From: an uncultured Candidatus Saccharibacteria bacterium
GTDB lineage: Bacteria > Patescibacteriota > Minisyncoccia > Phycocordibacterales > UBA12445
Assembly (NCBI GenBank): GCA_964649715.1
Contig: CAZYTH010000003.1
Coordinates: 4,713 to 68,712 of the forward strand
Direction of reading: 5' to 3'
Length of the DNA: 64,000 nt
The notes beneath the pieces were generated by a model. The model ran no database searches. It saw nothing but the letters and a program-made list of their open reading frames with translations, and had not been told where the DNA came from. The position numbers were made by a program, and so were the translations under genes. Positions 9,939 to 19,250 of the stretch are shown here, one piece after another (within the stretch, counting starts at the first letter, position 1; the number at the start of each line of letters is the position of its first letter).

Positions 9939-10958
9939 TTAAACCGAAAAGTTACTTACAGCGTAAAGGTCGGAATCTGTACAATCCTCAGGGGTACTAT
10001 CATCAATTGCTTCTTCCAATACAACCTGATTTTGCTCTGGATTATTAACATCTGCTATTTTTATATTTTGGTCTAACAAAGGATTAATCATCACCCCACC
10101 AACGGGTATCGAAAGCTTTCCCTTGGACACCATATCAAGGAGTGTTCTTAGATCATCTTTTGAGAAAAAATCTATCGTTATTTTACCACCAAAGTCCCTC
10201 CTCTCAATATGCACCCTTGTTCCAAGCTTTTCTGTTAGTTTGCTTTCCATATCTAAAATATCAGGATCTACAATATATTCCTTTTTTCTAACCTTATCTG
10301 AAGCAATGTGTCTTGAGATAGATTCGGCCTCTCTAACCGTTAATTTCTTATAAATTATCTCCTTATAAAGAGTCATCTGCTCTTCCGGTCTATCACCAAG
10401 CATAAGAAGCGGTCGACAGTGCCCTTCGGTTATCTTGCTCCCAAGAATTCCCTCTTGTATATCTGGAGGCAGAGCTAATATTCTTATACTATTAGACACA
10501 TACTCGCGACTTTTTCCTATCTTGGCGGCTATCTCAATGTGTTTATAATTAAACTTTTCAGCAAGTTGCTGAAAGGCCTTAGCTCTATCTATTAAATTAA
10601 GATCTTCCCTTTGCAAGTTCTCGATTATTGCGAGTTCAAATTTTAAAGCATCTGACTGATCTCCGGTCCGTATAACCACTGGTACCTGCAAAAGACCAGC
10701 GAGTTTTGATGCACGCAGTCTTCTTTCTCCAGAAATTAATTCATACTCAACAGACAAACCACCATCGGGTGTTTCTATCTCTTTTCTCGTAGCCACAAGT
10801 GGCTGAAGAATACCGTACTGCTTAATAGAATCGGAAAGTTCCCTCAGTGACCTGTCTTCAAATTCTTTCCTGGGCTGAAACGGATTTGGCTTTATCTTTC
10901 CAACCTCTATCCAGAAGATAGAGTTACTTATACTATTCTTGCTTTCGATTGGTTCCAT
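9939..10958 (-). CDS. parB: ParB/Spo0J chromosome partition protein
   Basis: PNPFQPRKEF, GILQP, ISGERRLRA and ENLQREDL motifs plus HTH. Confidence 0.93.
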   Translation of the reverse strand: MEPIESKNSISNSIFWIEVGKIKPNPFQPRKEFEDRSLRELSDSIKQYGILQPLVATRKEIETPDGGLSVEYELISGERRLRASKLAGLLQVPVVIRTGDQSDALKFELAIIENLQREDLNLIDRAKAFQQLAEKFNYKHIEIAAKIGKSREYVSNSIRILALPPDIQEGILGSKITEGHCRPLLMLGDRPEEQMTLYKEIIYKKLTVREAESISRHIASDKVRKKEYIVDPDILDMESKLTEKLGTRVHIERRDFGGKITIDFFSKDDLRTLLDMVSKGKLSIPVGGVMINPLLDQNIKIADVNNPEQNQVVLEEAIDDSTPEDCTDSDLYAVSNFSV

Positions 10959-11064
10959 GAGAATTTTTGTAATTTTAATTGATTATAGATAGATTCTAAC
11001 ACCAAAAATATCTTTTGCAAAAAAACTTTTTTTACTGTATATTTACATAATAAAATTAAAAATT

Positions 11065-11118
11065 GTCGCGGTGGCGGAATGGCAGACCTGCCTGCCGGCA
11101 GGCAGGCGCAATAGACTC
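11065..11118 (+). repeat. duplicated 5' half of tRNA-Leu interrupted by a 20-bp palindrome
   Basis: GTCGCGGTGGCGGAATGGCAGA[CCTGCCTGCCGGCAGGCAGG]CGCAATAGACTC matches 11365-11398 apart from the insert and one substitution. Confidence 0.9.
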
Positions 11119-11121
11119 GAT

Positions 11122-11355
11122 ATGTTTTATGTTTACGCAATAAAAAGCATTAAGAGAAAGTATATTTACGTCGGATTGACAAATCATATAGAAAAACGAT
11201 TTAATCAACACAATACAGGCAAAGAGAGGACCACCAAACCTTATCTTCCATACAATTTGATTCACGTAGAAGAATTCAAATTGCGAGTGGAAGCAAGAAA
11301 AAGAGAAAAGTTTCTTAAATCAGGGTCTGGAAAAGAGTATTTGAAATCATTATAG
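11122..11355 (+). CDS. small GIY-YIG nuclease family protein
   Basis: MFYVYAIKS...YIYVGLT...RFNQHN.G...A.KREKFLKSG.G; 77 aa. Confidence 0.9.
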   Translation: MFYVYAIKSIKRKYIYVGLTNHIEKRFNQHNTGKERTTKPYLPYNLIHVEEFKLRVEARKREKFLKSGSGKEYLKSL

Positions 11356-11364
11356 TAATATTTT

Positions 11365-11447
11365 GCCGCGGTGGCGGAATGGCAGACGCAATAGACTCAA
11401 AATCTATCGAGGGCAACCTCATGAGGGTTCGAGTCCCTCCCGCGGCA
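11365..11447 (+). tRNA. tRNA-Leu(CAA)
   Basis: GCCGCGG/CCGCGGC acceptor stem, ATAGA-CTCAAAA-TCTAT anticodon arm, long variable arm, GGTTCGAGTCC T-arm. Confidence 0.95.
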
Positions 11448-11783
11448 CAACAAATCGCTGAAAAGCGATTTTTGTATACGCGGAGCAAGCAAACTTCTTT
11501 GCTTGCGAGGGGGACGAGAAGGGGTTGAGTATATTACGCCGAGCAATGCGAAGGCGGAATACGAAACCCGTACCGAATATGTAATGTTCGAGTCCCTCCC
11601 GCGGCACAAAAACAAATGGACCGAATGTGAAAACATTCGGTGATTTTGTTTTGTAGGCGTCGGAGGGGCGAGAAAACCGGAAGCGGGTACCGTCGCCGAC
11701 GTAGCAAAGCGAAGTGGCGCACGGTCGCTGAGGCGTAGATCGAGAAATTTTTGTGTAACAAAAATATTCGTGATCGAATCCTC
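11448..11783 (+). repeat. tRNA-linked structured repeats containing a copy of the tRNA-Leu 3' end
   Basis: GTTCGAGTCCCTCCCGCGGCACAA repeated at 11586-11609; hairpins AAATCGCT/AGCGATTT, GCAAGCAAA/TTTGCTTGC and CCGAATGT/ACATTCGG. Confidence 0.7.
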
Positions 11784-11924
11784 AACCAAAAAACGGGCAG
11801 GCCTCCAATGGCACAATAAAAAACATCTTTCTTTTAAATTTTGTAAACACTAAAAAATATCCGAGCAAGTGAAGTTTTTTTATGCTATTATTTAAATAAT
11901 TAAGAATTAAAAGATAATAAAAAA

Positions 11925-14747
11925 ATGCGAAGGAACATAAAAAACTTTTTCCCCATCATGCTCATTATCATGTGCACTTTTTGGGGAGTTGTGTCGTTTG
12001 CTCAAGAGACAGCAACCGCACCAAACGGGCCATCGGCGCCCGACATGGAAGTAGCGCAAAACCAAGCAAAATCAGAGGCAAGTAAAACGGCCGAAGATAG
12101 AGCCGCAGAAGAATCTGCGGGAATGAGGGCTCAGTTTAAAAGAGAGTTCGGTGCACCGCCGGAAGCTTTTCAAAAACACGAACCACAAAAACCACAATTC
12201 GAACAACCCCAAAGAGTTCCGGATGAAGCGAAAAAATATTTAACAGATGCAGAACTTATTCCGATATACTGTGCGATGACCAAATGGAAGACAGGGCAAT
12301 TCTTCGGTGCAATGAATGCTCTTAAAGAAAACATGTTGCCGGCAATGCAAAAAGCCAAAGATGTTTTGGGCATTACGCTACCTCTGCCCAATATCGACAA
12401 AATGATCGAGGACGGAAAAACAAAAATAAACACTGTATGTTCCACAAAAGTACTTTCCGAGGCCGAGGACACTGTTATGTCATTCACCACCATGGGTCAA
12501 GATCTTGATCAGAACGGGATCGGTGCCTTCATGACCGAATTTGAAAATAAAATGAAAGCAAAAGGCAATGAAATAAAAACAAAGATCGAGGCGATGGTGT
12601 TACCTTTAGTGGAAGAAGAAAAAGCCAAAATACAACCGGAAATAGAAAAAGAGGCGCATTTCTATGTTAAAAATAATATAAAATTTGACCGAGAACCAAG
12701 CCCAGCCGATATTACAGCGGTCAGGACACAAGTTGAAAATTATCTCAAACCAATCATAGAAGCCAAAAAACAGGAAATAACCCAAAAGATCCAATCCAGA
12801 ATAAACGAGATCAAAGATAAAGAAGTTGCGGAAATTGAAGGACTCGGAAAGATGTTCGAGGGAATGGATCAAAAAATAAACGATGCCTCTCAAAAAGGTC
12901 TTGAGGAATACGACCAGTATAAAAAAGAAGCGTTCAGGCTCAGGAAAGAAGTTGTCTTCAAAATACTCGATAAAAACTTAGATGAGGGACTAAAAAAACT
13001 GGATGAGGCAGACAAAGACATCGAAGACGCAAGAAAAGATGACCCTTCTTTAAAGTCTGTTAGTCAGATAAAGTCAGAGATAGCACAGGATAGAAAAAAC
13101 TTGGAATCAAAACTTGAAGTCGCCATGGAGGCTGGAGATGAAATATCTTTCCAGCAGGCGGTCAACGATTTCAAGACAAAATGGGAAGCAGCGAGGGTTG
13201 AAAGCGAAAAAGCCGCCGAACAATCCATGACAAAAGCATGCAATATAGCCAAAGCTGAATTCGGAAAAGCAAAAGGCCAAATGGAAAGCAATCTCGCCAA
13301 ATTGAACAATATACAAAAAAAATGCGAAGGTGTTTTTTCCGATGAGTGTTCAAGTATCGCCGAATTCGGAGACAGATTCGAGACGTTAAAGAACAAAATA
13401 TCTGACATAAGATCAGAAATGGATATGGCCGAAAAAATGTGTGCGGATACGAATATGACGGACAAAGCGAGCATGGTCGCTCTTATGAGAAAGATCCAAA
13501 ACGACGGCGAGGATCTTAAAACATACGGCGACTCCCTGAACGCCGAAAAAACAAGAGTTATCGCCGATTCTGCGGCCAAAGCGTGTTCACAAATAATTCC
13601 ACAAATGGAAGCCGCCAGAACCGAAATAATCAAAAACGACCTCCAGATACTCGAAAATAATTTCAAAAAATGCGAAGGAAAGAACACCGACGATTGCGAT
13701 ATCATAAATCAGGCTTCGCCAAAATTCAAAGAATTTTCCAAAGACTCTTCTTCCTTCTCAGAAAAGATCACTGAAATAGAAAATTTCTGCAAGAACCCAA
13801 CAGGGGAAGCTTTTGAAAAAATATCAATTAGCTGGAATATACTAAAGGAGGAAGGTAATGAACTTCGACTAAAAGGAAAAGAATTACAAAGCGAGATTGC
13901 CGTAACTTTGAGCGAAAAAGCAATCTGTAAGGCAATAGTGCCCCAGATCAACTCCGCAAGAATGGAAGTAACCGCGGGAATTAAAAAAGTTTCCGACACC
14001 CAAAACAACTGTTTCGGAAAGAATGACGAAAAATGTCTCGCAATAAACGCCCTAAAACCGAAACTTGAAGAAATAACAAAAAGATCGAATATTCTTCTAT
14101 CTAGACTGGATGTTTCCCTTTCCGCTTGTGCCAACCCGGGAATCGTAAAACCGAGCCAAGATTTTCTTACCAAAGTTGAACAAAGCGGTATAAAAGAAGA
14201 AGCTACCGCCTTGATAAAATTGGCCAAAGAGTTAGCCGACCTTCAATCAAAAGCCACTCTTTTTGGAAAAGGAATAAAAATAGAAGCTGAAGACGAAATG
14301 TCTACGAAACTTCTTCCCAAAACAGAAAGTTGGCACTCAAGAGAAGAGACGAATCCGAGCTGGAGACCCCCCTTCTTCGGAACGGGTGTTTGGTATCTAT
14401 CAAGGGGTGGAGAGTATCTTCAATACAGATTCGAAGCACCAATATCCGCAAACTATGATATTTGGGTAAGAGACTATGTGGATAATTTCCAGCCGGCCGG
14501 AGTAAGACGAGTCACATATTACATTAACGGCAACAAAGTGATCACTGCACCGGAAGTGACAATGAATAAAAATAAAATAGATGCGAAGATTGGATCATTT
14601 GGTTGGCACAAGATAGCCGGAGCATACAAAATAAATGGAGGAAGTAATATACTTAAAGTCGAAAAAGAAAAAACAACCTCCGGAGCAGCGATACTTGATG
14701 TATTCTATATAACCAACAATCCGAACGACATCCCCCCGGAACTATAA
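11925..14747 (+). CDS. large secreted coiled-coil protein with four-Cys helical repeats and a C-terminal beta-sandwich (CBM-like) domain
   Basis: Signal peptide (..VSFA), three C..C.G....C..C modules, C-terminal 'IKIEAED...YDIWVR...FGWHK...ILDVFYIT'. Confidence 0.8.
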   Translation: MRRNIKNFFPIMLIIMCTFWGVVSFAQETATAPNGPSAPDMEVAQNQAKSEASKTAEDRAAEESAGMRAQFKREFGAPPEAFQKHEPQKPQFEQPQRVPDEAKKYLTDAELIPIYCAMTKWKTGQFFGAMNALKENMLPAMQKAKDVLGITLPLPNIDKMIEDGKTKINTVCSTKVLSEAEDTVMSFTTMGQDLDQNGIGAFMTEFENKMKAKGNEIKTKIEAMVLPLVEEEKAKIQPEIEKEAHFYVKNNIKFDREPSPADITAVRTQVENYLKPIIEAKKQEITQKIQSRINEIKDKEVAEIEGLGKMFEGMDQKINDASQKGLEEYDQYKKEAFRLRKEVVFKILDKNLDEGLKKLDEADKDIEDARKDDPSLKSVSQIKSEIAQDRKNLESKLEVAMEAGDEISFQQAVNDFKTKWEAARVESEKAAEQSMTKACNIAKAEFGKAKGQMESNLAKLNNIQKKCEGVFSDECSSIAEFGDRFETLKNKISDIRSEMDMAEKMCADTNMTDKASMVALMRKIQNDGEDLKTYGDSLNAEKTRVIADSAAKACSQIIPQMEAARTEIIKNDLQILENNFKKCEGKNTDDCDIINQASPKFKEFSKDSSSFSEKITEIENFCKNPTGEAFEKISISWNILKEEGNELRLKGKELQSEIAVTLSEKAICKAIVPQINSARMEVTAGIKKVSDTQNNCFGKNDEKCLAINALKPKLEEITKRSNILLSRLDVSLSACANPGIVKPSQDFLTKVEQSGIKEEATALIKLAKELADLQSKATLFGKGIKIEAEDEMSTKLLPKTESWHSREETNPSWRPPFFGTGVWYLSRGGEYLQYRFEAPISANYDIWVRDYVDNFQPAGVRRVTYYINGNKVITAPEVTMNKNKIDAKIGSFGWHKIAGAYKINGGSNILKVEKEKTTSGAAILDVFYITNNPNDIPPEL

Positions 14748-14781
14748 CATTATTTTATTTTTAACTTTATAACTTGATAAT

Positions 14782-15378
14782 ATGAAAAAACTTAGAACTA
14801 ATCGCGGAATCGCCCCCCTTATTATTCTTCTAGTAATTGCGGTTCTTGCCATCGGTGGAGGTGCGGTCTATCTCAAATCACAAGATAAGCCCATATCCGT
14901 TGAATCAGCCAGAGAAAATATTCTCGGTATACAAAAAGACGAGACACTTGATTCTTTGGAGATAGATACCGAGGGTTTTAATTTCTCTCTATCTTCACTC
15001 CCGGCCATAGAAATAACCGCGCTCAATCTCGAAATACCAAAAATGGAAGTCCCTAAGATTGGCGGATTTAACACCAAACTAAATGTGATCTCGCCCACAA
15101 TAGATAAAAATAAAATAAACATATCGATGCCATCTCTCGCAAATATAACCCCAACGATATCCATTCCATCCAATCCAACAAACATCCCAACCGAAGCTCC
15201 CGCCAATCTGCCGCCGATTGACGTCCCCACAAGTCATACAGACGGGCAAGGCAGTATACCTTCAAGTGGCGGAGCTCCTCAGATAGACTGCTCTCAATTC
15301 CAAATGGTCCCTAGCTGTTCTTATGTTCCGGCAGGCCAAGCACAGGATGCATGTAAAAAATGCTTTCCAAGTAAATAA
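14782..15378 (+). CDS. membrane-anchored protein with class III (pilin-like) signal peptide and Pro-rich stalk
   Basis: NRG|IAPLIILLVIAVL, then a Pro/Ser/Thr-rich linker and a 4-Cys C-terminal domain. Confidence 0.7.
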   Translation: MKKLRTNRGIAPLIILLVIAVLAIGGGAVYLKSQDKPISVESARENILGIQKDETLDSLEIDTEGFNFSLSSLPAIEITALNLEIPKMEVPKIGGFNTKLNVISPTIDKNKINISMPSLANITPTISIPSNPTNIPTEAPANLPPIDVPTSHTDGQGSIPSSGGAPQIDCSQFQMVPSCSYVPAGQAQDACKKCFPSK

Positions 15379-15412
15379 ACCCCGTTAAGAAAATTTTTAC
15401 TTAAAAAGACAA

Positions 15413-15988
15413 ATGTACACTGAAAAAATATTTGAATTAAGAAATTTAAAAGGACTTTCTGAAAAACAAATTTCTGAACACTTAAAGCTTTACTCCGGAT
15501 ATGTAAAGAATACAAATAGTCTCCTGGAAAAAATAAGCGAGTTAAGAAACGAAGAAAATGGCGACTCTTATATGTTAGCTGAGCTAAAAAGACGTCTTGG
15601 TTTTGAATGGAACGGAATGAGACTCCACGAATATTATTTTAAAGAACTTGGTGGTGATGGTATTATAATGGAAGGCGCCCTCAAAAATGCGCTTTCAAAC
15701 GAATTTGGATGCTGTGATTCATGGTTGTCAGATTTTAAAAACACCGCTATCCAAAGGGGTGTCGGATGGGCGCTTCTTTGCAAGGACACAGAAACAGGTA
15801 AATTATTTAACATATGGATTGGAGATCACGATGTCGGACATCTCACTGGAACAAAAATAATACTGGCACTCGATATTTGGGAGCATGCTTTTCTTTTGGA
15901 TTATATTCCGTCTCAAAGAAAAAATTACATTGAAGCATTCTTATCCAATTTAAATTGGAAGGTTTTGGAGAAAAGATTCAATAAATAA
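15413..15988 (+). CDS. Fe/Mn superoxide dismutase family protein
   Basis: EHLKLY.GYV, NGMRLHEYYF, G.GWA and LDIWEHAF motifs. Confidence 0.9.
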   Translation: MYTEKIFELRNLKGLSEKQISEHLKLYSGYVKNTNSLLEKISELRNEENGDSYMLAELKRRLGFEWNGMRLHEYYFKELGGDGIIMEGALKNALSNEFGCCDSWLSDFKNTAIQRGVGWALLCKDTETGKLFNIWIGDHDVGHLTGTKIILALDIWEHAFLLDYIPSQRKNYIEAFLSNLNWKVLEKRFNK

Positions 15989-16021
15989 AAAACCGCACGC
16001 TTTTGCGTACGGTTATAAGGT

Positions 16022-16678
16022 TTATTTTTTCGTCCTCAGCAAACCGCAGTTATCGTCATCATCGACAATGTTTTTTAAATTTTCACAATATTCTGCAAAA
16101 GAGAGTTTGATCATTCCCTCAGTCAAACCCACAGGCAAACCGGAAATACTTTCTGGCTCACCTTCGATCCTCAAGACATATGGCAGAATAAGCGGGTGCT
16201 CGTGATCGAATCCACCGGAATGAAGAAACGGATCACCACTTGCGATGTAATCATCGATCACACCTTCCGAAATATTACCAAACCATATCTTAGCTATATC
16301 GGTTCCCGTAAAACGCTTTTTGGTGGAAGTGTTTACGACGACCACAGAAGTTACCGTTTCCGCAGGATATTTGTTGTGAAGCAAAATAAATCGCTTCGCC
16401 TCTTCGGCACTTGTGGGTTTTTCGAGAATTGTTCCGTTGCAAACCACGACCTGATCGGAGGTGATAAGTATCGCATTTTTTCCGACCCGCGAAAGAAGTG
16501 CATCGGCTTTTGCATTCGCAAGGACCCGCGTCAATTCTACAGGATCTTCAAGGCGGATCGCTTTCTCGTCGATATTTGCCGGCATTACTTCAAATTGATA
16601 TCCCATCGACTCCAAAATTTTCTTTCGGGCAAGAGATTGGGACCCCAGAATGATCTTCATCCTGCTAAAGCTCTTCAC
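16022..16678 (-). CDS. maf: Maf family nucleotide pyrophosphatase
   Basis: IILGSQS..RK.IL, IDEKAIR, ITSDQVV, ILEKP and GLP motifs. Confidence 0.9.
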   Translation of the reverse strand: MKSFSRMKIILGSQSLARKKILESMGYQFEVMPANIDEKAIRLEDPVELTRVLANAKADALLSRVGKNAILITSDQVVVCNGTILEKPTSAEEAKRFILLHNKYPAETVTSVVVVNTSTKKRFTGTDIAKIWFGNISEGVIDDYIASGDPFLHSGGFDHEHPLILPYVLRIEGEPESISGLPVGLTEGMIKLSFAEYCENLKNIVDDDDNCGLLRTKK

Positions 16679-16836
16679 GAATTACGATTTGAACGTTTGG
16701 GGTAAAATACGGGCCTCGAAACAATGTCATACTTTCTCCCGAGCCTCATCTTGTATTGTGACCTCGTCAATTTCTTCTTTTTCTGAGGTGAAGGCAAGGT
16801 GATACGGAGATTATAGATACCAGAACAGTCAAACAT
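16675..16836 (-). CDS. small basic protein (53 aa) coupled to maf
   Basis: GGAGG SD; MFDCSGIYNLRITLPSPQKKKKLTRSQYKMRLGRKYDIVSRPVFYPKRSNRNS; its TGA overlaps the maf GTG (GTGA). Confidence 0.55.
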   Translation of the reverse strand: MFDCSGIYNLRITLPSPQKKKKLTRSQYKMRLGRKYDIVSRPVFYPKRSNRNS

Positions 16837-17049
16837 TAAACTGCCTCCTTTTTTTATTTATTTTTAAAAGTCCCATTTACCCAAAAAGACTACATTTTCA
16901 AGCCATTTTTGTCAAAAATAGATACGCAGAATTTTTATTTATTTCCCTTCTCTCACCCTCCTTGTTTACGCGGATATGCCACCATCCCCTCGTCCTAACG
17001 AACGGGGTTTTATTGGGATTTATGATTTAGAAATTGTTTAAAGATTAGA

Positions 17050-17079
17050 CCTGCCTACCGATAGGCCTGCCTGCCGGCA
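17050..17079. repeat. degenerate CCTGCC palindromic element copies
   Basis: CCTGCCTACCGATAGG followed by CCTGCCTGCCGGCA; same family as 11087-11106. Confidence 0.7.
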
Positions 17080-17093
17080 ATGACGAAAAAAAA

Positions 17094-18104
17094 TTACAAT
17101 AAATCTTTTAATGCCTCTACATGCTTCACAAGCATATTCGCGTAACCCCACTCATTATCATACCACGCCATCACCTTCACCAATTCTCCTCCTACAACCC
17201 TTGTGAGATTAAGATCAGCAACGGATCCATGAGGATTCTGAAGAATATCAGAAGACACTATCGGCTTTTCCGTAACTGTAAATATCCCCTGCCACTCGGG
17301 TTTTTCCGAAGCATCTTTTAATATGTGATTTATTTCTTCGACCGATGTTTTATCCTCTGCAATAAAAGTAAAATCTAAAATTGATCCTGCGGGCACCGGC
17401 ACTCTGAGTGCCATTCCGTCAAACTTCCCCACGAACGAAGGAAGCGCTTTTCCGACAGCCGAAGCTGCACCAGAAGTTGTGGGTACTATATTTTGGGCGG
17501 CTGCTCTTCCCCTTCTCATGTCTTTGTGAAGCTTTGGCATCGGTCCGTCAACAAGACTTTGCTCTGCAGTATACCCGTGCACAGTATTAACCACGGAATA
17601 TTTTATGCCTGGTTTTTTACTCAATATCACCGCTATCGGCATTATAGCATTCGTTGTACAAGAAGCATTTGATGTTATCTTTGATTCAGACAATGAACTT
17701 ACATTCACATTTGGGGTACACATAGGTGTTGTATCATCTTTTGCCGGAGCTGAGATTACAACTCTTTTTGCTCCCGCATCCAGATGTACTTGAGCCTTGT
17801 CTGCCGAAGTAAACCTACCTGTACACTCGACAACGATATCAATATTCAAATCTTTCCACGGAAGCTTAGTCGGTTCAGGTTCCTGAATAAATTTTATAAT
17901 TTTACCCTCAATAACAAGATTACCTCCATTGATTTCAATCTTTTTATTATATCCTCGATACACAGAATCAAACTCGAGAAGATATGCTAGATTATCTAAC
18001 TCACCAAGATCATTAATGGCCACTATTTCCATCTCAGGATTTTCAGAGGCTATCTTAAAAAACTGCCTACCTATTCTTCCAAAACCATTTATTGCTATTC
18101 TCAT
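17094..18104 (-). CDS. gap: glyceraldehyde-3-phosphate dehydrogenase type I
   Basis: AINGFGRIGR, SNASCTTN and WYDNEWGY motifs. Confidence 0.97.
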   Translation of the reverse strand: MRIAINGFGRIGRQFFKIASENPEMEIVAINDLGELDNLAYLLEFDSVYRGYNKKIEINGGNLVIEGKIIKFIQEPEPTKLPWKDLNIDIVVECTGRFTSADKAQVHLDAGAKRVVISAPAKDDTTPMCTPNVNVSSLSESKITSNASCTTNAIMPIAVILSKKPGIKYSVVNTVHGYTAEQSLVDGPMPKLHKDMRRGRAAAQNIVPTTSGAASAVGKALPSFVGKFDGMALRVPVPAGSILDFTFIAEDKTSVEEINHILKDASEKPEWQGIFTVTEKPIVSSDILQNPHGSVADLNLTRVVGGELVKVMAWYDNEWGYANMLVKHVEALKDLL

Positions 18105-18178
18105 CTTTTTAATCCATTACATATTAATAAAATAATTATACTTCATTTGCACAATAAAAAAAATCCGCCCTAGGCGGA

Positions 18179-19210
18179 TTATCTCAAGTATTTAAACTTA
18201 TTTTCCTTATGTTCTTCAAAAGTAACGGCATAGTGCATGTTCCCCCCTTTATCAGATAGAAAAAACCAATACTTATTCGGGGTCGGGTAAATAGCTGCCA
18301 GAATAGAATCTAAGCCAGGATTAGATATAGGAGCGGGTGGTAAACCCTTATATTTATAAGTATTATAAGGAGAATCAACATCTATATCTCTCAAAGATAC
18401 CTCTGCACTCCCTTTTCCCATTAAATAAACAAACGAAACATCTACTTGAAGAGGCATTCCCACATCTATTCTTCTCCACAAAATATCCGATATAATCTTC
18501 CTTGTCTTTTCTGTTCTCGCCTCCCCCTCTAAGATAGAAGCCATTGTGATTATTTCACTTAACTCTTTCCCTGAGGACAAAATGTCTGAATTTATCTCTT
18601 CAATCCTTTTATAAAAATTAGAATTCATTGCTTCTAAGACTCGTTCTGGTGTTATTTCTTTATCAAAAAAATAAGTATCCGGAAATAGATACCCTTCTCT
18701 ATTTTCCGCTAATAACAAAAATTTACTGCTATCAAAATTTAAAAATTCTTTTGCTAATATTTTAGCAACTCCCCTATTGGTCAATCCTTCTGGTATCGTA
18801 ACCTTCACAACATTCATCCCAAATTCCGTATTAGTCATTTTCGAAACAACATCAAAAATACTAGGTGGTAAATCAAAAACATATCTCCCTGCCACCACGC
18901 CCTTGTTGCCACGAGACCAAACAACTAAAAACCTAAACAAAAGAGGAGATCTTATGACATAATTTTCTCTTAAGTAGATACTGGCTTCTTTTATAGTCAT
19001 TCCAGAATTTATTTCAAGAATTTTGTTGAGAGGAAATTTTGTAGGTGGAAAGAATAAATAATAAAAAAAGAAAACAACAAAAAACAGTAATACAGGAAGA
19101 AAAATTATAAAATTTTCCTTTAAATTTGATAGATTAAAAATGAAAAAATTGCCCGCTTTACGCCAAACAGAAACAGATTTATTACTTTCGTAATTTTCAT
19201 TATTTTTCAC
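18179..19210 (-). CDS. mltG: endolytic transglycosylase MltG
   Basis: VTIPEG, EGYLFPDTY, MASILEGE, SPYNTYKYKGLPPAPISNPG; start uncertain (GTG at 19210 chosen). Confidence 0.9.
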   Translation of the reverse strand: MKNNENYESNKSVSVWRKAGNFFIFNLSNLKENFIIFLPVLLFFVVFFFYYLFFPPTKFPLNKILEINSGMTIKEASIYLRENYVIRSPLLFRFLVVWSRGNKGVVAGRYVFDLPPSIFDVVSKMTNTEFGMNVVKVTIPEGLTNRGVAKILAKEFLNFDSSKFLLLAENREGYLFPDTYFFDKEITPERVLEAMNSNFYKRIEEINSDILSSGKELSEIITMASILEGEARTEKTRKIISDILWRRIDVGMPLQVDVSFVYLMGKGSAEVSLRDIDVDSPYNTYKYKGLPPAPISNPGLDSILAAIYPTPNKYWFFLSDKGGNMHYAVTFEEHKENKFKYLR

Positions 19211-19250
19211 GACAAAGCGCTTTTCTTTTTGAGATAACAATTTTTTGTAA

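Noticed and set aside
11065-11609. Group I intron-containing or split tRNA-Leu
   Set aside because: No group I core is recognisable, an uninterrupted tRNA is present, and the 5' and 3' fragments together lack the segment from the anticodon 3' side through the variable arm.
11397-11816. Minus-strand ORFs with repeated CRGRDSN peptides
   Set aside because: These are antisense translations of the tRNA-Leu 3' end and its duplicate.
12170-14227. Long antisense ORFs inside the 940-aa gene (and similar ones within topA, smc, uvrA and uvrB)
   Set aside because: Shadow ORFs arising from the codon bias of the real genes.
16985-17012. Hairpin CCCCTCGTCCTAACGAACGGGG resembling an IS200/IS605 end
   Set aside because: No transposase or TnpB nearby and no partner end. 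It could simply be a terminator.
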